Assembly (NCBI RefSeq): GCF_006345805.1
Contig: NC_043001.1
Coordinates: 10,602,001 to 10,666,000 of the forward strand
Origin: Octopus sinensis
Lineage: Eukaryota
Direction: 5' to 3'
DNA length: 64,000 bases
The translations under genes were made by a program, and so were the position numbers. Below, piece after piece: positions 13,086 through 26,152 of this stretch. The notes under the pieces are model-generated. The model saw nothing but the letters and a program-made list of their open reading frames with translations. It was not told where the DNA came from and searched no databases. Within the stretch, counting starts at the first letter, position 1, and each line of letters begins with the position of its first letter.

Positions 13086-13468
13086 CTAGCAGTATCACCC
13101 GGCGTTGCTCAGGTTTGTAAGGGAAATAACTATAAAGCATTTTTAGAGAGTTATAGCCAAAAAATAGCAAAAAAATGGAAACAAAATGATAGTAAAATTC
13201 TTTTGAGTTAAAAAAGGTCGAGTTGCGTCCCCTAGACAGTCTGTGGTTTGTGTTTCTGATTCTCGACCCCATGTCGAATTTATCGATTTTTTTCAGAACT
13301 GGGGGAACTTTTCAAAATTTTCGCTGCGTTAGTTTTGAATTATGACATTGGGCTATGTGTGTGTCAAGTTTCATCAGAATCGGTTGAAAGCCGTGGTCAG
13401 GGTGAGGGTACAACCAAACAGACACACAGAAACACACACAGACAAACTGCCGTTTATATAGAGAGAGA
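13086..13468 (-). mobile_element. Non-autonomous Helitron
   Basis: Minus strand starts TCTCTCTCTATATAAACGG and ends with the hairpin CCTGAGCAACGCCGGG plus CTAG before T; near-identical copy at 43267-43645. Confidence 0.8.
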
Positions 13469-14441
13469 TTACCGTCAGAAATTAATTAGCACCCTTGATT
13501 TGTTCTTCACTCAAGGTATGTGCTGTCACCTAGTGGCCATATCTCGAACTATTGCTTTGTTGCGAGTTCACTGTTGCGCAGAACAATGACGTAACTTTGT
13601 TTGCAGAGCAGTTTGAGAGTCTACAGCCTTATGATGTTGACATAGCAGTGCAACAAACTTGGAGTGGCGGATGCAGACAAATCTTCCTTTGTTTTAGATA
13701 TAGGTAGCGCCTCGCAAGGACCAAAATCACACCATACTAAGTTTTCTCATCGCGTAAGACGTTTTGAACAGCTCATAGGTTAATTGATTTAACCTATTTA
13801 ATGTAGAAATTTGAGAAGTGCTAATTAATTTCTGACGCAAGAGTATATATATATAAAATTTTTAACATCCACTTTTTCAATGCTTGCATGAGTTAGAATT
13901 TCTTGTAGCAGATGTTCTAGTTGGGTGCTTTCATCCGTTTCCAAGCATGGCAATATTTTCTGGCTACAAGACCTATTTTTCATGGTATACTGGAAATGAA
14001 AAACAGTCAAGCTTGTACGATGATGGTGCGCATTTATAACCATCATTTGATGTCTAAAATGCATACACATACAAAAACCCACAACAGGCTTCTTTCAGTT
14101 TCCATCTGCCAAATTCATTCCTAAGGTTTTAGTTGACCCAGGGCCATAGCAGAAGTAATCTAATGTACTGCCCAGTGTGACTGACCGACATGATTGGGAA
14201 GCGATCTTCTTAACCATACAGCCACACTTATACACATACACACACACATTTATACAATATACATACACACACACATTTATACAATACAAAAAACAACAAA
14301 ACAAACAGGTGAGGGAACAATGAACAAGGTGTGTTAGTTTGATGCTCAGAAAAAAATGGAAGAAGCTTTGATGTTTCAAAGCCGACACTATTCTACAAAA
14401 AGGAAAGAAGAGAGAAAAGAGATGGAAATGGAAAGAGGAGG

Positions 14442-14478
<37 letters not shown>

Positions 14479-14771
14479 GAGAAATCCTGTCTGGATTAAT
14501 GGTTGCACATATATGTACATATATACATATATACGCAAGCACACGCATGTGTGTGTGTGTATGTACATATATGCATGCGCACACACACACATATATATAT
14601 CCATATATGTATATGTACATATATGTGTGTGTATATGTACACATATGTACACACATATATACATGTACATATATATATATACAAGTACATATATTACATG
14701 TACAAATGCATATATATATATACATGTACAAATGCATATATATATATATGATATATATATATATATATATT

Positions 14772-15455
14772 TTAGGTCTCACTGAGGAAATGACTAGAGA
14801 CCGAGACCTCTGGAAGTGTGCTGTGCGCGAGAAGACCCGGCAGGACAAGTGAGTCCACAAACCGTGGCCTTCTACATGGGATGGAGCCAGCCTACGTATG
14901 CATACCTTCCCTTCTTGGGACACAAAACTCTACTTGTGAAGACGTGTTGAGGCAAGTGAGGATCAGAATCGAAATCGATCAATGGGAAATGCGGATGTGC
15001 TACCAGTGCCGGTGGCATGTCGAAACTGTGTGAAGACCCATTGAGGCAAGTGAGGATCAGAATCGAAATCGATCAATGGAAATCGATCAATGGAAATTGC
15101 AGATGTGTTACCAGTGCCGGTGGCATGTAAGAGAAACTTCCGTTTCGCGACCGTTGCCAGCACCGCCCCGTTTCGTTGTCCATTGCCAGCCTCGCCGGCC
15201 CTCGTGCCGGTGGCACATAAAAAGCACCATCCGTTCGTGGCCGTTTGCCAGCTCTGTCTGGCACCAGTGCGGGTGGCACGTAAAAAGCACCCACTACACT
15301 CACGGAGTGGTTGGTTAGGAAGGGCATCCAGCCGTAGAAACACTGCCAGATTTGACTGGCCTGATGAAGCCTTCTGGCTTCACAGACCCCAGTAGAACCG
15401 TCCAACCCATGCTAGCATGGAAAACGGACGCTAATGATGATGATGATGATGATGA
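14772..15455 (+). mobile_element. RTE LINE 3' end with internal duplication and (GAT)n tail
   Basis: LGLTEEMTRDRDLWKCAVREKTRQDK*, then 3'UTR homologous to 2068-2665. Confidence 0.85.
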
Positions 15456-16745
15456 TATATATATATATATATATAGATTGTACATATATATAGATGTGTG
15501 TAATGTACATGTGTATACATTCATATATGCATGCACCAAAATATACGTCTATATGTGTGTATACATATATATGCACACACACACACATACCTGAATTAAT
15601 GTTACACACACACACACACACATAATGACCGGCATGGAAGTCTGCAAAAAAGGTAGACTAGGCTGGAGACATTCAGACTAAAGAGCTTTCCGTTTCTTTC
15701 CAAATCGCTTGCTTTAATTCCCATTAACACAGGTAGATTCTTATATTACCACCTGGGTTTTTCTGTTTTTCGGATTGAGCTGAAGTATATTTTTGGCAAT
15801 TATGTCTGTTCATTCTTCAGCCAAGTCTTTTAAGCACCGTAGGGTTAAAAAATAAAACGCAGTTTTAGATTCTGCCAGACTACAAAAAAAAAAGAGGCAT
15901 TTTGATTGCAGCTAGCCATTTCAACTATTAATTAGAATAGGTTTATCTATCAATGCATTAATTAGCAGTCAGATGCGAGAAAAGAAAACCTGGAAAAATC
16001 TTTCAAACATTTCTTAGTGACTGGTGAGGCTGTTATAATAAGAAAAAAAAAATGCAGCTTTCAGTCCGTTTGGTGATCGCTACATGGTTTTATATTTATG
16101 CTTCATAGAAAAGCTAGAAGACAACAGCGAGATAGTTTCTTAAATCTTTAAAGCCGTAACTACAAGTAAACATAACACAAAATTATATTTTCAGTAACAT
16201 TTAAAAAAAAAAAAAGAAAAATTTCCATTTTTTTTTTTTCTTAAAAACATTTTACTAAAGGTACTAATTAGAGACCTGCATTAGGCATTATAACCACATG
16301 ATACCGAATCTATACATCTCTTGTCTCATTAAAACTTTTAATTAGAGTTTTCAGAATTATTAAGTATGAGAGGCTAAAATATAACCTCTTCAAGCAACAG
16401 ATGTCTCTCTCTCTCTGCAACGCTCTCTCTCTCTCTGTTCAGGTTCACACACGCTGGGTGTTTGTTCGTTTTCTATAGAATAATATTTATAATGTATGTT
16501 TTCTCATTTATTCTTTACTTTATATTAACCATTTTCACCCAGCCCATGCTTCAGCACCGGAATAGTGGAAACTGTTAAAATAAGGGAGCACTATCAGAAT
16601 AACATGATGGATTTAGTCAGAGCCTTCAAATTTCCCAGTTCAAATCCCACAGGGGAATCTTCTACTAGGGTCAACAGAATATCACCAACCAAATAAATGG
16701 TTAATTTTCTTAATGGTATTTGTCTATGTAAGTAATAGGCAGTAA

Positions 16746-17158
16746 GGTGGCAGAAACGTTAGCAAGCCGGATGAAATGTGTAGCCACATTCCGTCTGCCA
16801 TTACGTTCTGAGTTCAAATTCCGCCGAGGTCGATTTTGACTTTCATCCTTTCAGGGGTCGATAAATTAAGTACCAGTTATGCACTGAGGTCGATATAATC
16901 GACTTAATTCGTTTGTCTGTCCTTGTTTGTCCTCTTTGTGTTTAGCCCCTTGTGGGTAGTAAAGAAATAGGTATTTCGTCTGCCGCTACGTTCTGAGTTC
17001 AAATTCCGTCGAGGTCGACTTTGCCTTTCATCCTTTTGGGGTCGATTAAATAAGTACCAGTTACGCACTGGGGTCGATATAATCAACTTAATCCGTTTGT
17101 CTGTCCTTGTTTGCCCTCTCTGTGTTTAGCCCCTTGTGGGTAGTAAAGAAATAGGCAT
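16746..17158 (+). mobile_element. SINE family B dimer with 17-bp TSD
   Basis: TTTGTCTATGTAAGTAA at 16719-16735 and 17159-17175. Confidence 0.85.
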
Positions 17159-17339
17159 TTTGTCTATGTAAGTAAGCTTTAACATATTTCAATTAATCAT
17201 GGAATATTGGAATGGTAAGTACAAATAAAAGTAATTAATAGAAAATAGAAAGAATGAAATTTAGAGTTGTAACGAAAAGGTACCAAAACCTTGTAAGTAG
17301 GTTTCTTAGATGGAAATTCATGAGACTTTTTATTCAGAA

Positions 17340-17545
17340 CCACTATGATTATTTTAACCCATCATCTTCCCATACCTTACAGGTGAGATGCTGTAGAATC
17401 AATTGTTATGCATTACAGGTGAAGCGGAGTTAGCCATCATGCCAAGGTGGTGGGGAAAGGTCCTTGATTCACTGCCCCCCAGTGGACCCTGTCCCGGTTG
17501 TTGTACCTTCACAAAAAGAATGGAGGATTATACATTTTCAAAATT
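17340..17545 (+). pseudogene. Possible non-LTR retrotransposon RT-thumb fossil
   Basis: LSRLLYLHKKNGGLYI resembles the LYLPxKxGGLGI motif; in-frame stops upstream. Confidence 0.4.
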
Positions 17546-18940
17546 TGTTTTTTAGGCGTAGGTGTGGCTGTGTGGTAAGTAGCTTGCCCGATAGAATAAG
17601 TACTAGGCTTACAGAGAATAAGTCCTGGGGTTGATTTTCTCAGCTAAAGGTGGTGCTCCAGCATGGCTGCAGTCAAATGACTGAAACAAGTAAAAGAGTA
17701 TTATGCTCATGAAATTTCATATGGAGTATACAGTCAAAATATCAAGTCATCTGTATGCTATTTGAAGTCCAATGAAGCAAACTATTGAGTGAAGTATCTA
17801 CCTTAAGCAATACTTTCTGTTCCCAATCATTCAATGTGGTTAGCCAGATCTAGATTATATCAGAGTGCTAATTACAGATCCCTATTCCTTTATATTATAT
17901 ATAAAACCATCACCAGTGCTTTTTCCATGGCATCATCACCAGTGATTTTTTAGGCGTCGTCAGTACTCTTTACGCGGCGCCGTCGCTAGTGCTCTTTCCG
18001 TGACACCATTGCCAGCACCCTTTATGTGGCACCATCGCCCGCGCTCTTTACGTGGCACCATCACCCGCATTCTTCACGCGGCACCATCGCCTGCACTCTT
18101 TCCATGGCACCATCACCAGTGCTTTTACATGACACCATCACCTGTGCTTTTAACACCAAAAGGATTTTCCATTCAGAGTGAAGGGCAGGTAGTATGACAC
18201 CTGTGTTGAAGCTGCAACATTGCATGGTAGACAGAAACGGGTGTTGAACATCAAAATTTTAAAAAAAACTATAAAGAAATAAAGCTTGCATGCCCTGACG
18301 GATATCTAATGTTGATGTGTATGAATGTCTCAGTAGAATAAGCCAAGACCTGAGAATAAGAGCAATCAGATGTAGTGAGTACAAGAGCAGGCTGTGCCAC
18401 CATGGGTAAATGGCGTGTATGGAAGCTGGTTGCTGCATACTAAAGTAACAAGCAGTGTAAGTGAGTGGAATGTACAGAGTGGGAAGTTTCACTGTGTTTA
18501 TAAAATATACCATTAAACAGTAATTATTATCAGTTTAATTAATCTTTGTAGTTAATTATGTAAAATAATGAATTATTTGTGAATGTAGCATGTCGTTTCT
18601 ATGTAGTTTCTTGTATTGTGTACTGGAGGTTGTTGCTTATGTACATATCCGACAGTGTGTGTGTGTGTGTGTGTGCGTGTGGAAAGATTGATAGAATGGC
18701 AGACGAATATAATATGGCTAAATATTTCCCAATTAGACCAAAAATAATTGCTTGTTGTTGCAGAGTGATAAGCCAACGAGGTCAGTAAAAAGGAAAACCA
18801 AATTGAGAGCAATAATAAGTACAATATTGTATATATTTACATAAACACATACATACATACATTTATATATACATGCGTATGTGCATACATACATACATAC
18901 ACATTTATATACCTACATACACATTTATATGAATACGTAC

Positions 18941-18980
<40 letters not shown>

Positions 18981-19586
18981 TTTTTACTCTTTTACTTGTT
19001 TCAGTCATTTGACTGTGGCCATGCTGGAGCACTGCCTTTAGTTGAGCAAATCGACCCAGGGACTTATTCTTCGTAAGCCCAGTACTTATTCTATCGGTCT
19101 CTTTTGCCGAACCGCTAAGTATATATATATATAAACACACATAAACACACCAGCATAGGTTGTCAAGCAATGCTAGGGGGACAAACACAGACACACAAAC
19201 ATACACGCACATATATATATATATGTAAATATATACTACAAACACAAACACACACACATATATATATATATATATAAATATATACGACAAACACAGACAC
19301 ACAAACACACACACCTATATATATATATATGTACTTACGTATGTATATATATATATACTTATATACATACATAAGTACATGGTGCAGCCTCCTGGCTTCC
19401 CAGTCCCCGGTCAAACCGTCCAACCCATGCTAGCATGGAAAACAGATGTTAAACGATGATGATGATGATATATGTAAAATGCTGCTCGATTCTCTGAATT
19501 CAACATTTTTTCTACACACACACACACCGCCACACACTCTCTCTCTCTTTCTCTCTCTATATATATGTGTATATATATATATATGT

Positions 19587-19888
19587 TGTTTGTTCATTCT
19601 CGAGCTATGCCTGGCTCATAAGGGCCGGTTTCCCGGTTTCTTAACGTATATGTTCCCCACCTGGATGGGATGCTGGTCCATCGCAGGTGAGCCGCAAGAT
19701 GCAGGAGGAAAGGGTGAGAGAAAGTTGTGCCAAAAAAGTCAGCAGAAGTTTCGCCATTACCTTCTGCTGGAACTGCATGAAGCTTAGCTATTTCACTCAT
19801 AAACACACACATCATCCAGTCTGAGATTCGAACCCACAATCCCTTGACTGCAAGTCCACTGCTCTAACCACTAGGCCATGTGCCTCCA
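19587..19888 (-). mobile_element. tRNA-derived SINE with V-domain-like core (family D)
   Basis: Head GAGGCACATGGCCTAGTGGTTAG..GGGTTCGAATC; core CCTGCGATGGACCAGCATCCCATCCAGG; second copy at 62522-62814. Confidence 0.75.
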
Positions 19889-19908
19889 CATATATATATA
19901 TATATATA

Positions 19909-20132
19909 TGGTGCAGGGAATAAATTGTTGTCTAAATTAGGCAAAAATGAAAATAACACTGACGTCTCATTTTAGCAGATATCATCATCATCATTAAACA
20001 TCTGTTCATGCCAGCATGTGTTGGATGGGCGTAGGATGATGATGATGATGATGATGATAACTGTTAAAATGAGATGTCAGTGTTATTTTCATTTTTGCGT
20101 AATTTAGATGGCAGTTTATTCACCACACCCTG
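19909..20132. mobile_element. Tc1/mariner-like MITE with ~65-bp TIRs, interrupted by an RTE-tail fragment
   Basis: GAATAAATTGTTGTCTAAATTAGGCAAAAATGAAAATAACACTGAC vs GTCAGTGTTATTTTCATTTTTGCGTAATTTAGATGGCAGTTTATTC; terminal ACCCTG. Confidence 0.65.
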
Positions 20133-20167
<35 letters not shown>

Positions 20168-20433
20168 CTGGCATGGGTTGGACAGTTTGATTGACAACTG
20201 GTGTTGATGTGCTTATGTCCCTCATAACTTAGCAGTTCAGCAAAAGAGAACAACAGAATAAATACCAGACTTCAAACAAAAACAAAAATAAAATATATTC
20301 AACCAAAAAGTCCTTCAAGGCGGTGCCCCAGCATGGCCGCAGTGAAATGACTTAAACAAGTCGAAACTAAAAGATGCCGAGCCAGCAGGGTGTGTTTCTG
20401 GTAATCGTCTGCAAAGCCCAAATCTCGCCTTAC

Positions 20434-20450
20434 CTGATCCAGGTGTATCA
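20434..20450 (-). CDS. Candidate 17-nt microexon of an unidentified minus-strand gene (xDTPGS)
   Basis: Minus: pyrimidine-rich tcttcttggttacgttgtcatatcaacAG|TGATACACCTGGATCAG|GTAAGG, strong donor, non-repetitive context. Confidence 0.4.
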
Positions 20451-20928
20451 CTGTTGATATGACAACGTAACCAAGAAGATGGTAATGCAGGGAAATAAAC
20501 CAAATAATAAAAACACAATTTTAATTTGCTAGGCAATTAGTTTTGCAAGAGCGATCAAATTTGCAGCATCAACATTTAAAAAAAAATATAGATATATATA
20601 ATTTATAAATTAACTTATGGAAATGAGCTATAATCAGAATTATATGGATTGTTATTTTGCAGATATACTGAAAATAAATTTATTATTTCTTTTTTTTGTG
20701 TATATTACATAATTAGTGTTGAGGGCTCAACGTACAACATAAACAAACACACACAAAAAAACCTAAATATTTAATGGAATTATATAAATACACATGCAAC
20801 CACCCACACATACCAATGCTTCATAGACGAATGAATGAGACAAGAGAAAGTGAATGAGAACTGAATGATACAGGAAGTTGATATCACTGGATATATTCAG
20901 GTATTTTATATATATATATATACACATA

Positions 20929-21305
20929 GGCGCAGGAGTGGCTGTGTGGTAAGTAGCTTCCTAACCAACCACATGCTGCCGGGTTCAGTCCCACTGCGTG
21001 GCATCTTGGACAAATGTCTTCTGCTATAGCCCCAGGCCGACCAATGCCTTGTGAGTGGATTTGGTAGACAGAAACTGAAAGAAGCCTGTCGTATATATGT
21101 ATATATATATATGTGTTTGTCCTCCTAGTATTCCTTGACAACTGATGCTGGTGTGTTTACATCCCCGTCACTTAGCGGTTTGGCAAAAGAGACCGATAGA
21201 ATAAGTACTGGGCTTACAAAGAATAAGTCCCGGGGTCGATTTGCTCGACTAAAGGCGGTGCTCCAGCATGGCCGCAGTCAAATGACTGAAACAAGTAAAA
21301 GAGTA
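20929..21305 (+). mobile_element. Near full-length SINE family A
   Basis: Head GGCGCAGGAGTGGCTGTGTGG through tail GAAACAAGTAAAAGAGTA. Confidence 0.85.
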
Positions 21306-21313
21306 TATATACG

Positions 21314-21346
<33 letters not shown>

Positions 21347-21538
21347 CTACACATACATATATATATATATCTACACAACATATATATATATATATATCTA
21401 CACATACATATATATATATATATATCTACACATACATACATATATATATATATCTACACATACATACATATATATATATATCTACACATACATACATATA
21501 TATATATATCTACACATACATACATATATGTATGTGTA

Positions 21539-21745
21539 GAGGCGCAATGGCCTAGTGGTTAGGGCAGCGGACTCGCGGTCGCAGGATCGCGGTTTTCGAT
21601 TCTCAGACCGGGCGTTGGTGTGTTATTGAGCGAAAACACCTAAAAGCTCTACGAGGCTCCGGCAGGGGTGTGATCCCTGCTGTACTCTTTTCACCACATG
21701 GCGGTGCCCCAGCATGGCCACAGCTCAAGAGCTGAAACTGGAAAA
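21539..21745 (+). mobile_element. Chimeric SINE: family C tRNA head plus family A-like tail
   Basis: GAGGCGCAATGGCCTAGTGGTTAGG..TTCGATTC head joined at TTTCACCACA to GGCGGTGCCCCAGCATGGCCACAG. Confidence 0.65.
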
Positions 21746-21817
21746 ACAAAAAAACAAAAAAAATATTATATATATATATATCTACACATACATACATATA
21801 TATATATATCTAACACA

Positions 21818-21857
<40 letters not shown>

Positions 21858-23092
21858 AATAAATATATATATATTATGTTCTGTCCTAAAATATACTGAC
21901 ATTACCATTAAAATGGTTAGCAAGCAGTTATTTGCTATTAAGGGCATTAGAAGTTGAAATTTGTAATACATTCATACATGCATACGTACATAGACACACA
22001 CAAATATACATGCATATCTAATCGACATTCACACACACACATCCAAACACATATATACATAAATATATATACACACACATACACTGATATATTTATGTGC
22101 ATATATTTCTCTAAACTAATAGTTTTTTCTGGGGTTTTTTTTTTCCAATTTCAAAGTAGCAGCATATTTCCCAAATTCAGCGTAATATAACCTTTTAGGG
22201 ATCATAAATTTATAAACGGCAACACTGAAGGATTGCCTCTGGCAACAGCTGAACTCCAACTTTATTTCATATTGCCAATTTACCTACATCCCCCCCCCCC
22301 GCTCCGTTACAGCTCCAATTTTATATATATTCTCTCAACCTTAATCTAGCAGCATTTATCTACTTGAAGCAACATGGAATCTAACTATATTAAGGTGATT
22401 CAAGTTCTGCTTTCAGGCAATCTAAACTTGCATTGTGCTATTTTCTTGTGGTGAGATTCTAAATTTTCTATCCAAGCAATTTCAGTATCTCGTGAGTTTA
22501 ATTTAGTAACCGTGGTTACAGTATCGTAACTACATGCATGACCAAGCTAGCATGAGAAAAGCAAGTGTTCGAATATTAACTCAGTAAATCTGGCATATCA
22601 ATGATGGCTAGAAATCTCCTAATTTTAAAAGAATATTTGGAAATATTTGGATGCAGGTGTGGCTGTGTGACTAGAAGCTTATTTCCCAAGCACATGGTTC
22701 CAGGTTCAGTCCCACTTTAGCTGATCAAGGTCTTGTGAGTGGATTAGGTAGATGGAAACTGAAAAAAGCCCATTGTGTATATATGTATATATATATATAT
22801 ATATTTTGTGAAATAGGAAGATGAATAATTTTTGCAGATTAATCAAAAGTTTAACCGATACCTTGGTAGCAAAAATCACAGCAGAAGACAGCACGGTTGG
22901 AGGTACAACCATATGGTGTTGCAACCGTGCGTTGGTGCGGATAATTGAATTTTAATATTATTAGTGAATATTATTGAATTCACCAATTCAATTAAATTTC
23001 TTCAATTCACTAATAATATTATATATATATATAAGTATATTTTACATAATGACATAAAAAAACCAAAGCTCTGTAGATATTAGAACATTTAT

Positions 23093-23147
23093 AGGTCTTA
23101 CAGCTGTTTCCAGGATATTTATTAATTATATCCCTTCATCGGAGGTG
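23093..23147 (-). ncRNA. Degenerate Penelope-type hammerhead motif
   Basis: Minus: CCGATGA AGGGATAT..ATATCCTG GAAAC AGCT GTA; palindromic loop III, core U>C change. Confidence 0.5.
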
Positions 23148-24211
23148 GTGTGAGAGGATGGTTAAGAAATAATTCATTTAGATGGGATACAAAATAGAGA
23201 GTGAGGTGGAGGAAAGAAAACAGATGTGAGATATATAGGAATATTGAATTTGTAGATCCATTTTTTAGGCAGAATGGTATATGTAAGATTCCAACACCTT
23301 ATGAGAAAAATCCAACAGCATTTAAAATTGTTCATTCCAATATACATTATATATATATATATCTATATATATATATATATATTTCTTTCCTTTCCTGAGC
23401 ATCCAATAACACTATACTTGCTCCACGTTCTAGTGTTGTTGTGTTTTCTCTTTGTGTTTTCATGTTTGGATTCACTTTATATATATATATATATATATTT
23501 TCGATGCCAGGACCGTCTGACTGGCCCTCTGCTGGTGGCACGTAAAAAGCACCCACTATACTCTCGGTGTGATTAGCGTTAGGAAGGGCACCCTGCTGTA
23601 GAAAACATTGCCAGATCAAGATTGGAGCCTGGTGCAGCCATTGGCTCTCTAGACCTCAGTCAAACCGTCCAACCCATACCAGCATGGAAAATGGACATTA
23701 AACAATGATGACGATATGTGTGTGTTTGTATATATATATATACACACACACATATATATGTGTGTGTTTGTAAATTAGTGGTTCAGCCATGCTAGAGCAC
23801 TGCATTTAGTTAAAGAAATCGACTTATTCCTTGTAACGTCTAGTACTTATTCTATCAGTTTATTTTCCCAAACTGCTAAGTTATGGGGATGTAAACACAC
23901 TAACATTGGTTGTCAAGTGATGTTGTAGGGGAACAAACACAGACACATAAACATATATATGTGATAGGCTTCTTTCAGTTTCCGTCTACCAAATCCACTC
24001 GGCTTTCGTCAGCCCAAGACTATAGAAGCCACTCGTCCTAGGTATCACACAGTGGGACTGAACCCAGAAGTAAACTTCCTACCACACAGCCATGGTGTAC
24101 CTTTGTGTGTGTGTGTGTGTTGTTTACCCACCACCACTGTTTGACAGGTGGTGTTGGTGTTTATGCCCCTATAACTTAGTGGTTAGGCAAAAGAGACCAA
24201 TGGAATAAGTT

Positions 24212-25164
24212 TCCAACTCCGGCTACCCTTCAACCGTTTCCGACTCCGGCTACCCCTCAACCGTTTCCGACTCCGGCTACCCTTCAACCGTTTCCGACTC
24301 CGGCTACCTCTCAACCGTTTCCGACTCCGGCTACCCCTCAACCGTTTCCGACTCCGGCTTTACCCCCCAACCGTTTCGACTCCGGCTACCTCTCAACCGT
24401 TTCCGACTCCGGCTACCCTTCAACCGTTTCCGACTCCGGCTACCCTTCAACCGTTTCCGACTCCGGCTACCCCCCAACCGTTTCTGATCCGGCTACCTCT
24501 CAACCGTTTCCGACTCCGGCTACCCTTCAACCGTTTCCGACTCCGGCTACCCCTCAACCGTTTCCGACTCCGGCTACCCTTCAACCGTTTCCGACTCCGG
24601 CTACCCCTCAACCGTTTCCGACTCCGGCTACCCTTCAACCGTTTCCGACTCCGGCTACCCTTCAACCGTTTCCGACTCCGGTTACCCTTCAACCGTTTCC
24701 GACTCCGGCTACCTCTCAACCGTTTCCGACTCCGGCTACCCCTCAACCGTTTCCGACTCCGGCTACCCCTCAACCGTTTCCGACTCCGGCTACCCCTCAA
24801 CCGTTTCCGACTCCGGCTACCCTTCAACCGTTTCCGACTCCGGCTACCCTTCAACCGTTTCCGACTCCGGCTACCCCCCAACCGTTTCTGACTCCGGCTA
24901 CCTCTCAACCGTTTCCGACTCCGGCTACCCTTCAACCGTTTCCGACTCCGGCTACCCCTCAACCGTTTCCGATTCCGGCTACCCTTCAACCGTTTCCGAC
25001 TCCGGCTACCCCTCAACCGTTTCCGACTCCGGCTACCCTTCAACCGTTTCCGACTCCGGCTACCCTTCAACCGTTTCCGACTCCGGTTACCCTTCAACCG
25101 TTTCCGACTCCGGTTACCCCTCAACTCCAGCTACTCCTTAACCGTTTCGGACTCCACAACCCTG
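24212..25164. repeat. 27-bp minisatellite (~35 units) abutting a hAT-like terminus
   Basis: (CAACCGTTTCCGACTCCGGCTACCCYT)n ending ACTCCACAACCCTG at 25151-25164. Confidence 0.9.
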
Positions 25165-25961
25165 ATATTGAGACACCCTTTCGACGGCTAAACATTCTAT
25201 ACACAGGTTAAAATCAGAACAATACCGTGGTCTTTCTGATCATAACCAAATTTAGGCATTGAAAGCTACACCAATGCCAGAACGGGTCAACACTACACAG
25301 TGCCAAAGATCCCAGCAATTAAGAAGATTCATCCATTCTCAGATATTTTATACTAAAAAATAAAATAGAAACAGGCAATATTGAAATTTAAACAAACATG
25401 TCGGACGATACAAGGAGTGGTTATCTACTTTTACCAATCAGGCACTATGAATGATACGAGGGGCCCGGCAATATCGTTTGCAAATTCTTGATTGTTTTTT
25501 TATTAGATTTTTGTTACTGTGCACACAGGTTAGGGTGAGTTTTAGAGTTAGTTAGCGTTACAGTTAGGGTTAATGTCAGATGGTGTGCACGTGCTTTACC
25601 TTCAACCATTTTTATGATATTGTGATATACGACAGAAAAGTACGGAGACGATGATTCCGAAATAAAAACATTTGTAAAATTTCAATTTTTCCAAAAAAAT
25701 TTTTAAAAACCTCTCCACCGCACTATGACAAGAAGTGAAATTAAAGTGTTTTGAAATGGGTTTTTTTTTTTCAGATTCGGAATCTGCAAATGTATGCCAT
25801 CGATATAGTGTGTTCCTGTAAAAAAAAAAAAAATCCCAAAATCCATGATGTTCACCTCCGCCTGTTTTGTATATATTTTCCATTTTATAACTTTTTTTTC
25901 GTTGTATGTCATTTAATTGAAGAAGTGCGTTTCTAGAAGCGCCAAATATATATTATATATA

Positions 25962-26021
<60 letters not shown>

Positions 26022-26026
26022 ATATT

Positions 26027-26071
<45 letters not shown>

Positions 26072-26152
26072 ATATATATATATATATGTTATGTATATAT
26101 TGTAAATATATATATATATGTATATATTGATAAATATATATATATATATATA

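Noticed and set aside
15716-15803. Short minus ORF MNRHNCQKYTSAQSEKQKNPG
   Set aside because: Weak donors and no homology; cannot be distinguished from chance
21539-21615. tRNA genes at SINE heads (also ~31030, ~40200, ~62800)
   Set aside because: A/B boxes present but no complete cloverleaf; they continue into SINE bodies
24447-25124. 225-aa RS/K-rich protamine-like ORF
   Set aside because: Pure translation of the 27-bp minisatellite; non-ATG start, no unique flanking coding sequence
24212-25150. CRISPR-like array
   Set aside because: Repeats are contiguous with no unique spacers; eukaryotic context, no cas genes
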